Assembly (NCBI GenBank): GCA_026417615.1
Contig: JAOACY010000104.1
Coordinates: forward strand, 37,892 to 101,891
From: Clostridia bacterium
Lineage (GTDB): Bacteria > Bacillota > Clostridia > Acetivibrionales > JAFADI01
Direction: 5' to 3'
DNA length: 64,000 nucleotides
The notes below the pieces were generated by a model. That model was not told the origin of the DNA and did not search any database. It saw only the letters and a list, made by a program, of their open reading frames with translations. Position numbers and translations under genes: made by a program. Shown here one piece after another: positions 29,800 through 39,622 of this stretch; the stretch's first letter is position 1; each line of letters starts with the position of its first letter.

Positions 29800-29976
29800 T
29801 CAACCTTCTCTGAAAAGCAATGCATAAACCGGCAGCGCTAATGAAGCGGCAGCCAAAAGCATAAGCATTATGGCACCAAGCTTATTTTCTCTTTTCCATG
29901 TCCACACACCATAGCTTGCTGTATAAATAAAAATCCAAATGAGAAAAACCAAAATAAAAATTCTTCCTATGTTCAT
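29800..29976 (-). CDS. Small two-TM protein inside the ger operon, 58 aa, not in ORF track
   Basis: Hand translation MNIGRIFILVFLIWIFIYTASYGVWTWKRENKLGAIMLMLLAAASLALPVYALLFREG fills the gap between gerC and gerB. Confidence 0.75.
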   Translation of the reverse strand: MNIGRIFILVFLIWIFIYTASYGVWTWKRENKLGAIMLMLLAAASLALPVYALLFREG

Positions 29977-29998
29977 TTTATTGCTCTGCCTTTCCTTC

Positions 29999-31282
29999 TT
30001 ATGAATTGGGAGGTGATGTCCTAACCATCAAGCCTGGCCTTCTGATCTTAAGATCAACCTCAACATCGAACTTACAATCTTTGTACCTGCCTGGCCAGTC
30101 GAATTTTACCCAATCCTGCCAGGTAAGGAAGTTCTTTTTCAAATGGGCTCCGAAACCGCAAATATCTGAATTTAATTCCCTGGCTGTGCGGTTTAGGTAC
30201 CTCAGCATACCTTCCTTAATTGAGTTTTCAGCCGCTTCTTCAAGTTTGCTTAAGTTTTCGGGTTTTTCATAGTTTATTCCTGATTGAATTGACATTATAT
30301 CCGCCTCAAGGATTAATTTTGTGTAAATGTGGGGATTATCACCTTCCATTTTTATCCTTTGTTGAGGCATTCTGCTTTGCTTTACATTCAGTACAATAAA
30401 GTTGTTCTTTGTAACGGGATCAAGAAAAGTCATGGAGGAATAGTTATACTCACCCGTTGCCATAAGATACATACCGGCTTCCTCTCCGTCAAGCTCTCCA
30501 ACCATTTTATCTCCTCTGAATACAGCAAGACCCATTACCTCTGCCTTCAAACCACCAGAGTTTGGTATTTTCCCCGCTTTAAAATCTCCTTCAAAGGGTA
30601 AATCTCTGCCTTTGTCCTTATATGTCGAATCCTCAAGCTTTATATCTTCTGAACCCTCGTATGAACTAACTGCAGCAAGTATTGCGACAGGCTGCTGGTC
30701 AATAGCTACGGATTGTCTGTAAAATTTATGAAAATCAGTATTTGCTATAAAACCTGTGTAGTTAAAGCCAGCAAGTGTCAACTCGTAGTATCTGGCAGTA
30801 TTGGCCTCCAGCCTGGGTTTTACGTTGCGGATGAACTTCTCTGCTGAGGTTTTGGATACCAGTACATTCATATCAGGCCTGAACTCCCTGTTCCTGGTAA
30901 TTGCATTAATATAAGGCTTCACACCCTCTCTGGCCAATTCCTCCGAAAAAATCAGCGCTTTGGTGTGAGACAGGTTAAGCTGCCTGCTTACAAAAGTATT
31001 GGCTATATTTATTCCCGAGTAAATGGTTGGTGTTTCTACAGTAATTTCATAGGAACTCTCACTTCCTCCTTCACCTCCTCCGTTTTCTTTCCCTCCTCCT
31101 GTTGCTGCCGAAGGAATAGCAATCTGCAGGGTCATTCTGAGAGCATTAGTTTTGCCCTTGTCAAGTCCTACAGCCATTACATACGCAAGCTCATCTATTT
31201 CTCTTCTGTCAAAGCAGCCAGAAAACATTGAAAATAAAATTGAAATCATCAAAAGTAAAGAAATCTTCTTTATCAAGCACAA
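29999..31282 (-). CDS. Ger(x)C family germination lipoprotein
   Basis: Lipobox FSGC, D.REIDELAYV.A.G.D, LSH.K..IFSEELA and DI.GFG. Confidence 0.9.
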   Translation of the reverse strand: MCLIKKISLLLMISILFSMFSGCFDRREIDELAYVMAVGLDKGKTNALRMTLQIAIPSAATGGGKENGGGEGGSESSYEITVETPTIYSGINIANTFVSRQLNLSHTKALIFSEELAREGVKPYINAITRNREFRPDMNVLVSKTSAEKFIRNVKPRLEANTARYYELTLAGFNYTGFIANTDFHKFYRQSVAIDQQPVAILAAVSSYEGSEDIKLEDSTYKDKGRDLPFEGDFKAGKIPNSGGLKAEVMGLAVFRGDKMVGELDGEEAGMYLMATGEYNYSSMTFLDPVTKNNFIVLNVKQSRMPQQRIKMEGDNPHIYTKLILEADIMSIQSGINYEKPENLSKLEEAAENSIKEGMLRYLNRTARELNSDICGFGAHLKKNFLTWQDWVKFDWPGRYKDCKFDVEVDLKIRRPGLMVRTSPPNS

Positions 31283-31289
31283 TTACCCC

Positions 31290-33116
31290 TTACTCTTTAC
31301 TATTATCTGCATTTTTGTTTTCTTCATTTTGTTTTTTTGTTTTTTCTTCAGCCTGCGTCCATTCCCTGCTTATTTTGGGCTGCTTTTTCAAGTCCTTTGT
31401 GTTAAGATAATCAGGCCGCGTCTCCTGCTTCCATATGGGCGCCCTTGTAAGCTCGTCTGCAAATCCGCCTTTAGTCCTTGGGGCAAAAGGAGCCAGGAAG
31501 GGCACGCCGAAGGATTTTGCTGATGTCAGCCAAAGTCCCTGTATGAACAGTCCCGTGGTTATACCCAGAAAACCAGATATCGCTCCAAGGAATATATAAA
31601 CAAACCTTAGAATCCTGAATGCTATAGCCAGTGAATAATTCGGTATGGCAAAGGAACCTATTCCTGTTACAGCTACAATTATAATCAGTATGGGACTTAC
31701 TATATTGGCTGCAACTGCAGCCTGACCGAGAATAAGAGCTCCGATAATACCAAGCGTAGGTCCAATAGGCCCCGGTATTCTAATACCCGCTTCTCTTATA
31801 AGCTCAAAAGAAAACTCCATTATCAAAATTTCAACAACTGACGGGAAGGGCACTTTTTCACGGGCTGCTTCAATTGCCAGAAGCAAATCCGTAGGGATCA
31901 TTTCATGATGATAGTTTGTTATGGCAACATACAATCCCGGCAGCAAAAGTGACATAAAAATGGCTACAATTCGTATGGTTCTCAAAAAGTTAGTGTACGG
32001 GAACCTTAGAAAGGCATCCTCCGCCGAGTGCATAAGGTCGTAATTTGTTGCTGGCATAATCAGAGCAAAGGGACTGCCGTGCATGATAACAGCTACCTTG
32101 CCCTCAGTAAGTGCTGCCGCCACTCTGTCCGGTCTTTCGGTTGCAATGATCTGCGGTGCAGGAAGGAAGGTGTGGTCTTCAAGATATTGCTCAAGCATTC
32201 CGGAGTCAATTACATAGTCAGTTTTTATGCTCTTTATCCTTCTCTTCACTTCTTTCACAAGATCATCGTTTGCAATATCCTTTATATAGAGTATTGAGCA
32301 TGGGGTTTTGCTTCTTCTGCCCAGGGATGCGTTTTCGGCTACAAGGTCTTCATCCTTTAGTATTTTCCTGACTAATGCAGTATTGCATCTTAATACCTCA
32401 TTGAAGCCCTCCTGAGGGCCTCTTATGATTATTTCCGTATTCGGCCTCTCTATGCCCCTGTGTTCCCAGCCCTTAACATCGCACACAAAAGCAATTTCAG
32501 AACCATCGACAAACAATCCGACTCCACCGAAATTTACTTCTTCAATAACTTCATCGAATTTTGTGGTAACCTTCAATTGGTTGTGAGGAAGCAAGCGTTT
32601 CTTTACCTGTTCCCCAACTTCATCTTCTCTTTGCTCTATTTCAATGTTTGAGAGCAGCATAAGGGGTTGAAGTATATTTGTATTAATAATTGTACGGTCT
32701 ATCATTCCGTCAATCAAAATTATAAAAGCTTCAGCCACTTTGTCTTTTTTTAATGTTACTGCAAATTCACGAATAACAATATCACCGTTTTCAGGAACAT
32801 AGAATACTTTCTTCATGTAATCAAGATTTTCATGAAGGTGCTTGCTGATATATTCCTTTGGCTGTGAATGGTCATCCTCCTGCTTTGTTTTCTGTTCTTT
32901 GCTCTCTGATGAGGCATATTTCTCCTCGTTTGGATCAAAGAGCTTCTTTATTACACTCCTGTCTCTCTTCTTTTTCTGCTGCTCTTGCTTAATTTCAATT
33001 TCTTCTTTTTTTATCTGATTCTTTTCTTCTTCTGTTTCCTTTAATATGAATTTATCATCTTTTTTAGGCTCATTAAACAAGAACAGTTCTTTAAGCATTT
33101 TTTTTATATCACGCAA
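31290..33116 (-). CDS. Spore germination protein GerA/GerKA family
   Basis: Motifs RGPQEGFNE, TERPD..AAAL.EGK, ELIREAGIR.P, IIGALILGQAAV.A and SFGVPFLAP. Confidence 0.93.
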   Translation of the reverse strand: MRDIKKMLKELFLFNEPKKDDKFILKETEEEKNQIKKEEIEIKQEQQKKKRDRSVIKKLFDPNEEKYASSESKEQKTKQEDDHSQPKEYISKHLHENLDYMKKVFYVPENGDIVIREFAVTLKKDKVAEAFIILIDGMIDRTIINTNILQPLMLLSNIEIEQREDEVGEQVKKRLLPHNQLKVTTKFDEVIEEVNFGGVGLFVDGSEIAFVCDVKGWEHRGIERPNTEIIIRGPQEGFNEVLRCNTALVRKILKDEDLVAENASLGRRSKTPCSILYIKDIANDDLVKEVKRRIKSIKTDYVIDSGMLEQYLEDHTFLPAPQIIATERPDRVAAALTEGKVAVIMHGSPFALIMPATNYDLMHSAEDAFLRFPYTNFLRTIRIVAIFMSLLLPGLYVAITNYHHEMIPTDLLLAIEAAREKVPFPSVVEILIMEFSFELIREAGIRIPGPIGPTLGIIGALILGQAAVAANIVSPILIIIVAVTGIGSFAIPNYSLAIAFRILRFVYIFLGAISGFLGITTGLFIQGLWLTSAKSFGVPFLAPFAPRTKGGFADELTRAPIWKQETRPDYLNTKDLKKQPKISREWTQAEEKTKKQNEENKNADNSKE

Positions 33117-33197
33117 GGAATCACCTCTGATATTGTATTTCCAGATTATTATGGATTATTAAATATTAAAATATTCAAATTGGATTTTAGCCCCTTA

Positions 33198-34043
33198 TTA
33201 AAATTTTATATCCTCCACATATCCTTTTCCCATCTTGACAAGATAAACATCCCACTGCTTCGAACCCAGATTTTTTGCAAAATTCTTGTCAAACACAGCA
33301 AAATCAAATCGTTTCTGCCCTTTTATTGCACTTCCTGTGTCCATTGCCACAGCATACCCAAGGCCTTTGATGTAGAAAACCGTGCCGTAAGGCCAGTGAT
33401 TTTTATCCACTGCTACAGAAATTCCCGGAACTATAGGCTTGCCCGAATTTGTAATACCCTTGTTATTCCCGCATTCGTCGGCGCTTGGGGTATACGCTGT
33501 GCCCAGAAACTTTCCCAGATAACTTCCTCTATCAAGCTCCCCCCTGGAACTTATGCCATCGAAGTTTGTGTAGTTTTGAGGCTTAATCCCAACCGCTGCT
33601 GCCTTTTTCAGTGAGTTTTGGAGAGCTATATTGTCATCTACCAGTTCTTTGTTCTTCCTTGCAAGTTCTTCATTTGTTTTTTTAATCTCCTCCATCTGTC
33701 GCAAAATCTCCTGATTCTGCGCAGACAATACTGAATTAAGCTCTTTTAAACTGTTGTTTTCTTTTTTTATTATCAGATTTTCTTCCAATAACTTTTTATT
33801 ACTTCTGGTTAATTCAGACCGCTCGTGATTTCCGGCTTTCATGCCGTTCAATGATTCCTCAAAGCTTTGCTTGAAGTTCTTATAGGAAATGAAAAGATAT
33901 AAATTGTTTACACATAATATCATTACCGTAATAAGCAAGACACAATAGGTTAAGAAATATCTGTTTGCAGGCCTTGTTTTGGCTTTGTGCCTTAAAGCTT
34001 TTATTTGAGGCTTTATATCAGCTGCAGCCTCATAATCAGACAT
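33198..34043 (-). CDS. Membrane-anchored coiled-coil protein with C-terminal 3D domain
   Basis: TM and coiled coil, then SRG, TAYT, G.T.SG, VAVD, A.DTGSAIKG..RFD. Confidence 0.85.
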   Translation of the reverse strand: MSDYEAAADIKPQIKALRHKAKTRPANRYFLTYCVLLITVMILCVNNLYLFISYKNFKQSFEESLNGMKAGNHERSELTRSNKKLLEENLIIKKENNSLKELNSVLSAQNQEILRQMEEIKKTNEELARKNKELVDDNIALQNSLKKAAAVGIKPQNYTNFDGISSRGELDRGSYLGKFLGTAYTPSADECGNNKGITNSGKPIVPGISVAVDKNHWPYGTVFYIKGLGYAVAMDTGSAIKGQKRFDFAVFDKNFAKNLGSKQWDVYLVKMGKGYVEDIKF

Positions 34044-34216
34044 ATTAAAGCCCTCCCGTAATTTTTGCGTAAATTATAAAACGCCATAAATACTTTTATA
34101 GCGTTCTATAATCAAGATTATTTTCAAATTTCTATATCTTTATTCACTGCCATATAATGTAAATATTTCACTCTTTACAATAGCAAAATGTGTGTGCTAT
34201 AATAATTAAGCGCCGT

Positions 34217-34294
34217 CGGGGTGTGGCTCAGTTTGGCTAGAGTGCTTGCTTGGGGTGCAAGAGGTCGCTGGTTCAAGTCCAGTCACTCCGACCA
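34217..34294 (+). tRNA. tRNA-Pro(GGG)
   Basis: Acceptor CGGGGTG/CACTCCG, anticodon arm CTTGC-TTGGGGT-GCAAG, GGTTCAAGTCC and CCA end; upstream TG-N-TATAAT. Confidence 0.95.
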
Positions 34295-34297
34295 GTA

Positions 34298-34335
34298 AAA
34301 TAAAGGGCTTGCGGATTCGCAGGCCCTTTATTTTT
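34298..34335. terminator. Terminator after tRNA-Pro (likely bidirectional)
   Basis: AAATAAAGGGCTTGCG-gatt-CGCAGGCCCTTTATTTTT. Confidence 0.85.
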
Positions 34336-34385
34336 ATAATCATATGGTTCTTTTATGTACTTATTAGAAACATATACTTACTCAA

Positions 34386-35555
34386 TTATGTCAAGATGAT
34401 TACATACCCTCCAACTGCTATAAGTACAAACGCAGTAGCCAGCTTGATAATCGGAAGCCTTTTTCTCAATGCTTCAGACAATTCCATGAGCCTTTTAGTT
34501 CGAACCAGTACAAGCAGTATAAAAAGAGATGGAATGATGAAGCTTAAGGAATAAATTGTTAGATATGCAAAAGCACTTAGATTAAAGTTTCCTTCAGCCT
34601 GAACAAAATAAATTATTGTAGCCAGGTACACCTGACCAGTACAAAGAAATTCACCAATTGAGACTACAATTCCTAAAATACCTGCAGCAACTGATAGACC
34701 AAGCTGTCCATTGATTAGTTTGGTTTTTGATATAATAGTATGATTAAATTTACGCAACAAACTAGGCAATTGATTTTTTATTTCACCATATTTCTCTTTC
34801 TTTGCACTAAAATAATCTCTTATATTCAAATAAGCAGTAAAAGAAATAAAGACACCCATAACGAGCTTCATAACGAGACTGTATAGGTTCATGTCAATTA
34901 CCTTTAAAAACTCATACAAAACAGTACCGAGAAAAATGTATGTGATAAGCTTGGCAAATATAAATATCATGCCTATAGACAATATTTTCATATCTTTTTT
35001 TACAATAAGCAGAGAGAGCAGAAAAAGCAGCATTGACAGTGAGCAAGGGTTTAAACCGTTAATAAGACCTGCGGCGCACACACTAGCAAGTTTAAGGGAA
35101 TTAAAGCTTTGCATGATTATATCTGCGCCTTTTTGAGAATGGTTTGCAACCAAAAGCTCTGGGATTATTCCTGTATCTAATTGTTTTCCAAGCTCATTCA
35201 GACCTTTTTCTATATTCTCTTCTCCCTGGAAATATTGCCTGCCGACGAAGAGTAGGGGCACCCTGTTTGCATCATCCGGTACGCCATAAACATGGCAGTA
35301 CTCCTGCATAAGTTCAAGACCTTCTCTTTGAGAAATATTGTAGCTATAAAAGCCAAATTCAAATTGCGGGCTTTTCTTTGTTATTAGACTGATGTAATGA
35401 TCTATTCTGTCTTCGGCCTCCCTGCATTCATCACATGTATTGACGTAGAAGTAACAAAGCCTGATTACTTTTTTCTCAGCAAAGGAGTATGATGTAAACA
35501 AGCTTAAAAAAACAACAACACAAATTGCCAGACTTAAAATCTTAAATTTGTTCAT
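34386..35555 (-). CDS. Glutaredoxin/thioredoxin-like CxxC domain fused to a CcdA/DsbD-like membrane domain
   Basis: Signal/TM, 'YFY..TCDEC', 'VPLLFVG', membrane Cys motifs 'GLNPCSL' and 'EFLCTGQVY'. Confidence 0.75.
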   Translation of the reverse strand: MNKFKILSLAICVVVFLSLFTSYSFAEKKVIRLCYFYVNTCDECREAEDRIDHYISLITKKSPQFEFGFYSYNISQREGLELMQEYCHVYGVPDDANRVPLLFVGRQYFQGEENIEKGLNELGKQLDTGIIPELLVANHSQKGADIIMQSFNSLKLASVCAAGLINGLNPCSLSMLLFLLSLLIVKKDMKILSIGMIFIFAKLITYIFLGTVLYEFLKVIDMNLYSLVMKLVMGVFISFTAYLNIRDYFSAKKEKYGEIKNQLPSLLRKFNHTIISKTKLINGQLGLSVAAGILGIVVSIGEFLCTGQVYLATIIYFVQAEGNFNLSAFAYLTIYSLSFIIPSLFILLVLVRTKRLMELSEALRKRLPIIKLATAFVLIAVGGYVIILT

Positions 35556-35883
35556 TCCACTTAACTGAAACAGCTGCAATAGGTTTTTCTCCATACAGAA
35601 TATTTTTAAATCCGTCCTCAAGCTCATCCCATTTATAACTAGTGTTTTGACCCGAAGATAAAGCCTTAAGACCTTCTTCAAGTTCAAAGAGGATTCTGTT
35701 CACTGATGCAGAACGGTGAATAAAGCAGGGGTTTTGATCATTAAAGTACTCAATACACTTATTTAGAATGAGTGACTCTCTTAAAGACAGTGCTGAAAAA
35801 GCACCCTCGTAAATTTTTTCGCCATTTTCACCATGAAGTATTATTATATTTGCCGTTTTTTTACTGCTTTTCTTAAAAAACAT
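35542..35883 (-). CDS. Hypothetical protein, 113 aa
   Basis: AGGTAG RBS, 11 nt after the phnE stop, overlapping the next gene; contains 'F.D..PCFIHRSA'. Confidence 0.7.
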   Translation of the reverse strand: MFFKKSSKKTANIIILHGENGEKIYEGAFSALSLRESLILNKCIEYFNDQNPCFIHRSASVNRILFELEEGLKALSSGQNTSYKWDELEDGFKNILYGEKPIAAVSVKWNEQI

Positions 35884-35894
35884 AGCTCTACCTG

Positions 35895-36764
35895 TCAGTC
35901 AAATCCGCTGAGCTTTACCTTCATCCTGGTTGATATGACTTCAAGAACTAATGCGACAGCAAGAATAATGTATGTAATGAAGCCAACCTCTCGAAGGTCA
36001 AAATAATGGCCGCCGGCCATATACAGGTCAAAACCTATGCCGCCTGCTCCGGCAGCAGCTCCCATAAGGATAGCATAGGTAAAGTTTATCTCAAACCTTA
36101 GAAATGTCCAGGAAATCAGGTATGACGCACAAGAAGGAATGACTGCCTGGAATACTATCTGCCACCAGTTTGCTCCGCTTCCCTTCAGAGCTTCAATAAC
36201 TCCCTTGTCCAGTTCTTCAAAGGACTCGGAAAAGGCTTTTATAAGATATCCAATAGTATGGAAGGTAATTCCTATTACTGCTGCCACGCTCCCTAAGCCT
36301 GCCGCCACAGCAAATATAAGCACCCACAGTACTGTAGGCACTGCTCTTATAAAAGCTACAACAGCTTTAATTATATTGGATGCTAATTTGGTTGAAAGAT
36401 TTTGTGCAGCGAAAAGACCGAAGAAAAGTGCAATAACGCTACCTATCAGAGTTGTAAGAACAGTAAGCCCCAAGGTCACAATCAGCTGCCATATTGTTTC
36501 GTGAACACTGAAATGCTTTAAATGGGGCTCAAGAAATACAATTTTCAGATTATAAAATGTACTCGAAAACGCTTCAATTAAATTAACATTCTTATAATCA
36601 AATGTAAAAAAAGCATATATGGAAACTATTGCCAGAAATAATAAAGTAGCATTCATAACAATTGATGCTTTGCTTATTTTTCTTATGCTCATCGGCCTCT
36701 CATCATTGCTGATGTCATTTGAAGGCTCTTCCCAGGCTGTATTCAAGGTTTCTTCCATTTGCAT
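35895..36764 (-). CDS. phnE: Phosphonate ABC transporter permease
   Basis: RAVP..LW, E.LD.GVIEAL..SGA, RFEIN and GAGGIG motifs. Confidence 0.9.
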   Translation of the reverse strand: MQMEETLNTAWEEPSNDISNDERPMSIRKISKASIVMNATLLFLAIVSIYAFFTFDYKNVNLIEAFSSTFYNLKIVFLEPHLKHFSVHETIWQLIVTLGLTVLTTLIGSVIALFFGLFAAQNLSTKLASNIIKAVVAFIRAVPTVLWVLIFAVAAGLGSVAAVIGITFHTIGYLIKAFSESFEELDKGVIEALKGSGANWWQIVFQAVIPSCASYLISWTFLRFEINFTYAILMGAAAGAGGIGFDLYMAGGHYFDLREVGFITYIILAVALVLEVISTRMKVKLSGFD

Positions 36765-37549
36765 TATATAATCACCCTTCTCACATAATTTGAAATGAAC
36801 TCTACCGCAAAAACAACAATAACCACAACAAGAACAACAAGGCTTGCTGCATTATAATTCATACTCTTGTAATAAAGCTCAAAGGAAAATCCTATTCCCG
36901 TTCCCGTCAGTATTCCAACAAGTGTGGCGCTCCTGATATTGGTTTCAATGGTATAAAGCACCCAGCTTATCATCTGTGGTGCAGCAGAAGGAAGAACAGC
37001 CTGAAAAATAGTTTGCAGGTAGCTTGCGCCTGAAGCTCTGAGAGCTTCAACAGAGCTTGTGCTTGTTTCATCCATTGTCTCAATAAAAGCCCTGACAAGA
37101 AAGCCAAAGCTGGTAAAAAACAAAGCCAGATATCCAGTCATTGCACTTTGACCGAAAGAAAAAAGCAGCACCATAGCCCATGCTACTATAGGAACATTTC
37201 TGAATATTGATGCAATGAGTCTGCTCACGGAACCAAGTATATTGTTTATCTTAGTGACCTTAGAACCAAACAATGCAAAGGGTATCGAAAATATTGCAGC
37301 AAAGGTAGTTGAGGATATTGACATAAGTATTGTTTCCTGAAGCTTTGGAAGAATATCAGGCAACTTGGCCATTGCCTTTGCATTCGGATAAAAATTTGCC
37401 ACTGCCCAGACTGCCGCCTTAAAAACACTGGTAAAGCCTTTAACCACATCGTATTCTGTAACAATAATTGATGCAATAGTTATCAAACCAAGCAAAGAAA
37501 AGAATATAAGATTGTCCTTCCTTCTTTTTGCAAAAATGTCAGCTTGCAT
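36764..37549 (-). CDS. phnE: Phosphonate ABC transporter permease (second copy)
   Basis: RNVP, VEALRASGA and ETNIRSATLVG motifs. Confidence 0.9.
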   Translation of the reverse strand: MQADIFAKRRKDNLIFFSLLGLITIASIIVTEYDVVKGFTSVFKAAVWAVANFYPNAKAMAKLPDILPKLQETILMSISSTTFAAIFSIPFALFGSKVTKINNILGSVSRLIASIFRNVPIVAWAMVLLFSFGQSAMTGYLALFFTSFGFLVRAFIETMDETSTSSVEALRASGASYLQTIFQAVLPSAAPQMISWVLYTIETNIRSATLVGILTGTGIGFSFELYYKSMNYNAASLVVLVVVIVVFAVEFISNYVRRVII

Positions 37550-38324
37550 TTCTACCTCCGATATCGATATCAAGCTCTTCGGCTTCCGAACCATAAATGC
37601 TGTAAACTATATCGGAAGTCATTTCCGAAGGTGCTCCGTCAAAAACAACCTTGCTGCTGTTTATACCTATTATCCTGTCTGAGTATTTTAATGCAACATT
37701 CACCTGATGCAGATTTACAAGACAAGTTATACCCATTTTTGAAGATATGTTCCTTAAATGATCCATTATTATTTTTGAGGCGTTCGGATCAAGTGAAGCA
37801 ATAGGCTCATCGCAAAGCATAAGCCTTGGCTTCTGAATAAGGGCTCTTCCGATTCCTACACGCTGCTTCTGGCCTCCGCTTAGCTGATCGCACCTTTTGT
37901 ATACCTGCTCCTTAAGTCCTAGTATTTCTATAATTTTAAATGCGGATTTTTTTTCTTCTTCATTGTATATGCCAAATATTCCCTCAAAAGTATTTTTATA
38001 TCCAAGTCTTCCATGCAATATATTCTCTATTACACTCAGTCTGTCAACAAGGTTGTAATGCTGAAATATCATACCAATCTTTGTTCTTAAATTTCTCAAC
38101 TCATTCTTGCTTAATGTTGAAACGTTCACTCCATCAAAAAGGATGTATCCGCTGCTGGCTTCAATCATTCTGTTTATACACCGAAGGAGAGTTGATTTTC
38201 CTGCACCGGATGGACCGATGACAGAAACGAACTCCCCTTCATTAATAGTCAGGTTTACATCGCTTAAGGCCAATGTATCAGCATTATACTTCTTCGTGAG
38301 ATTTTTTATCTCAAGTAACGGCAT
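37539..38324 (-). CDS. phnC: Phosphonate ABC transporter ATP-binding protein
   Basis: GPSGAGKSTLLRCINR, FQHYNLV.RLSV.EN..HGRL, LSGGQKQRV and DEPIASLDP. Confidence 0.95.
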   Translation of the reverse strand: MPLLEIKNLTKKYNADTLALSDVNLTINEGEFVSVIGPSGAGKSTLLRCINRMIEASSGYILFDGVNVSTLSKNELRNLRTKIGMIFQHYNLVDRLSVIENILHGRLGYKNTFEGIFGIYNEEEKKSAFKIIEILGLKEQVYKRCDQLSGGQKQRVGIGRALIQKPRLMLCDEPIASLDPNASKIIMDHLRNISSKMGITCLVNLHQVNVALKYSDRIIGINSSKVVFDGAPSEMTSDIVYSIYGSEAEELDIDIGGRNAS

Positions 38325-38351
38325 AGTTACTTCCCCATTTCATTTATAAAT

Positions 38352-38380
38352 TGCAGGGGACAACATAGCCGTCCCCTGCA
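38352..38380 (-). other. Intergenic hairpin between phnD and phnC (probable mRNA stabiliser)
   Basis: 10-bp stem TGCAGGGGAC/GTCCCCTGCA. Confidence 0.6.
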
Positions 38381-38389
38381 TATAATATA

Positions 38390-39484
38390 TTATTTTGATA
38401 ATTCTCTTATAGGATTGAACCACTCGTCATTAACTTCAACAAATCTCTCTTTTTCTTTAAAGAGCCCCTTGAACTTGGAATCCTTTGGAACGAATATTTC
38501 CTTGTTTGCAGCAGTTTCATCAGACATCATTGCGTCTTTTATTGCCTTGACTGTCTTTTCGCTGAGCTTTTCTGTGTTGACTGCAAAAGGAGCGTTTAAA
38601 ACAGGTGTAACAGATATAACTACAAACTCCTGTCCAGCAAAATTTTTGAAAGGATCAACCGCATCCTTCTTTACTCTGTATACCGCACCTGCAGTGTTTT
38701 CTTTACCTTCAGCAAGCTCAACATAGTTTGCTACGCAAGTATCACAGAAAGCCGCAACATCTGCTTTTCCAGAAAGAAGATTAACTGCGGAGCCCTGATG
38801 TGAACCGCCGAAAAGAACTTCGCTGAAGAACTTGTCCTTTCCGCCTTCAATAAGATTTTCTGATTTGAGATTCTTCCATTTGTCTTGCTTTGAAAAGTGT
38901 GACACAATGCCTGCAGATGGAACCTTAAAACCAGATGTTGAGCTGTTTGAAACAAAGGAGAATTTTTTCCCCTGGATGTTGTCTATGGTGTATTTTCCAT
39001 CCTTCATGTACTCGCTTTCTTTTCCCTTCTTAACATTTAACCAGCTGTAATACATGGCATCCTTAAGCGTGCCTGATGCTCCGCTGTTTACAACGAGAGG
39101 TATTACCTTAGGGTTTTTGTTGTGCGCTTCTATGTAACCCTGAGCCCCCATAAATGCGACATGTGCATTTCCTGTTGCTATTGCTTCAATAGCTATTACA
39201 TAATCTGTAGTAAGCTTGTGCTGAATTTTCTTTCCTGTTGCTTTTTCAAGCACCATGCCGATAGCATCACGAGCAGCTTTTAATTCTTCCCCTGATTCAT
39301 TAGGGTACCATACCATGGTTAATGTGTCTCCCTCGCCGCTTAAAGCTGAGTCTTTTGATGTACCGCTCTGAGTGCTTGATGAAGCATTGGTTGTGTTGTC
39401 TTTCCCGCCGCTTGTTCCTGAACAGCCAGCAAAAGAAGCAAGAATAACTGTGACAGCTAGCAAAAGTAATAATATCTTCTTCAT
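38390..39484 (-). CDS. phnD: Phosphonate ABC transporter substrate-binding lipoprotein
   Basis: Lipobox FAGC, TDY..AIEA, SSTSGF.VP and GSHQGS motifs. Confidence 0.9.
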   Translation of the reverse strand: MKKILLLLLAVTVILASFAGCSGTSGGKDNTTNASSSTQSGTSKDSALSGEGDTLTMVWYPNESGEELKAARDAIGMVLEKATGKKIQHKLTTDYVIAIEAIATGNAHVAFMGAQGYIEAHNKNPKVIPLVVNSGASGTLKDAMYYSWLNVKKGKESEYMKDGKYTIDNIQGKKFSFVSNSSTSGFKVPSAGIVSHFSKQDKWKNLKSENLIEGGKDKFFSEVLFGGSHQGSAVNLLSGKADVAAFCDTCVANYVELAEGKENTAGAVYRVKKDAVDPFKNFAGQEFVVISVTPVLNAPFAVNTEKLSEKTVKAIKDAMMSDETAANKEIFVPKDSKFKGLFKEKERFVEVNDEWFNPIRELSK

Positions 39485-39554
39485 ATTGAATCTCCTTTCA
39501 AATTTATATTTAATGAAAGTTTATATGTAAATTATTAGGTATATATAAACACAA

Positions 39555-39581
39555 TGTTAATTGATGTTAATAAATCATTAA
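39555..39581 (-). promoter_or_regulatory. Candidate Pho box upstream of phnD
   Basis: Minus strand TTAATG-N5-TTAACA-N4-TTAACA resembles PhoP TT(A/T/C)ACA repeats, but the region is AT-rich. Confidence 0.45.
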
Positions 39582-39622
39582 TTTATCTTTGTAAATAATA
39601 ATTTCAATTTCTGTAAAATAAT

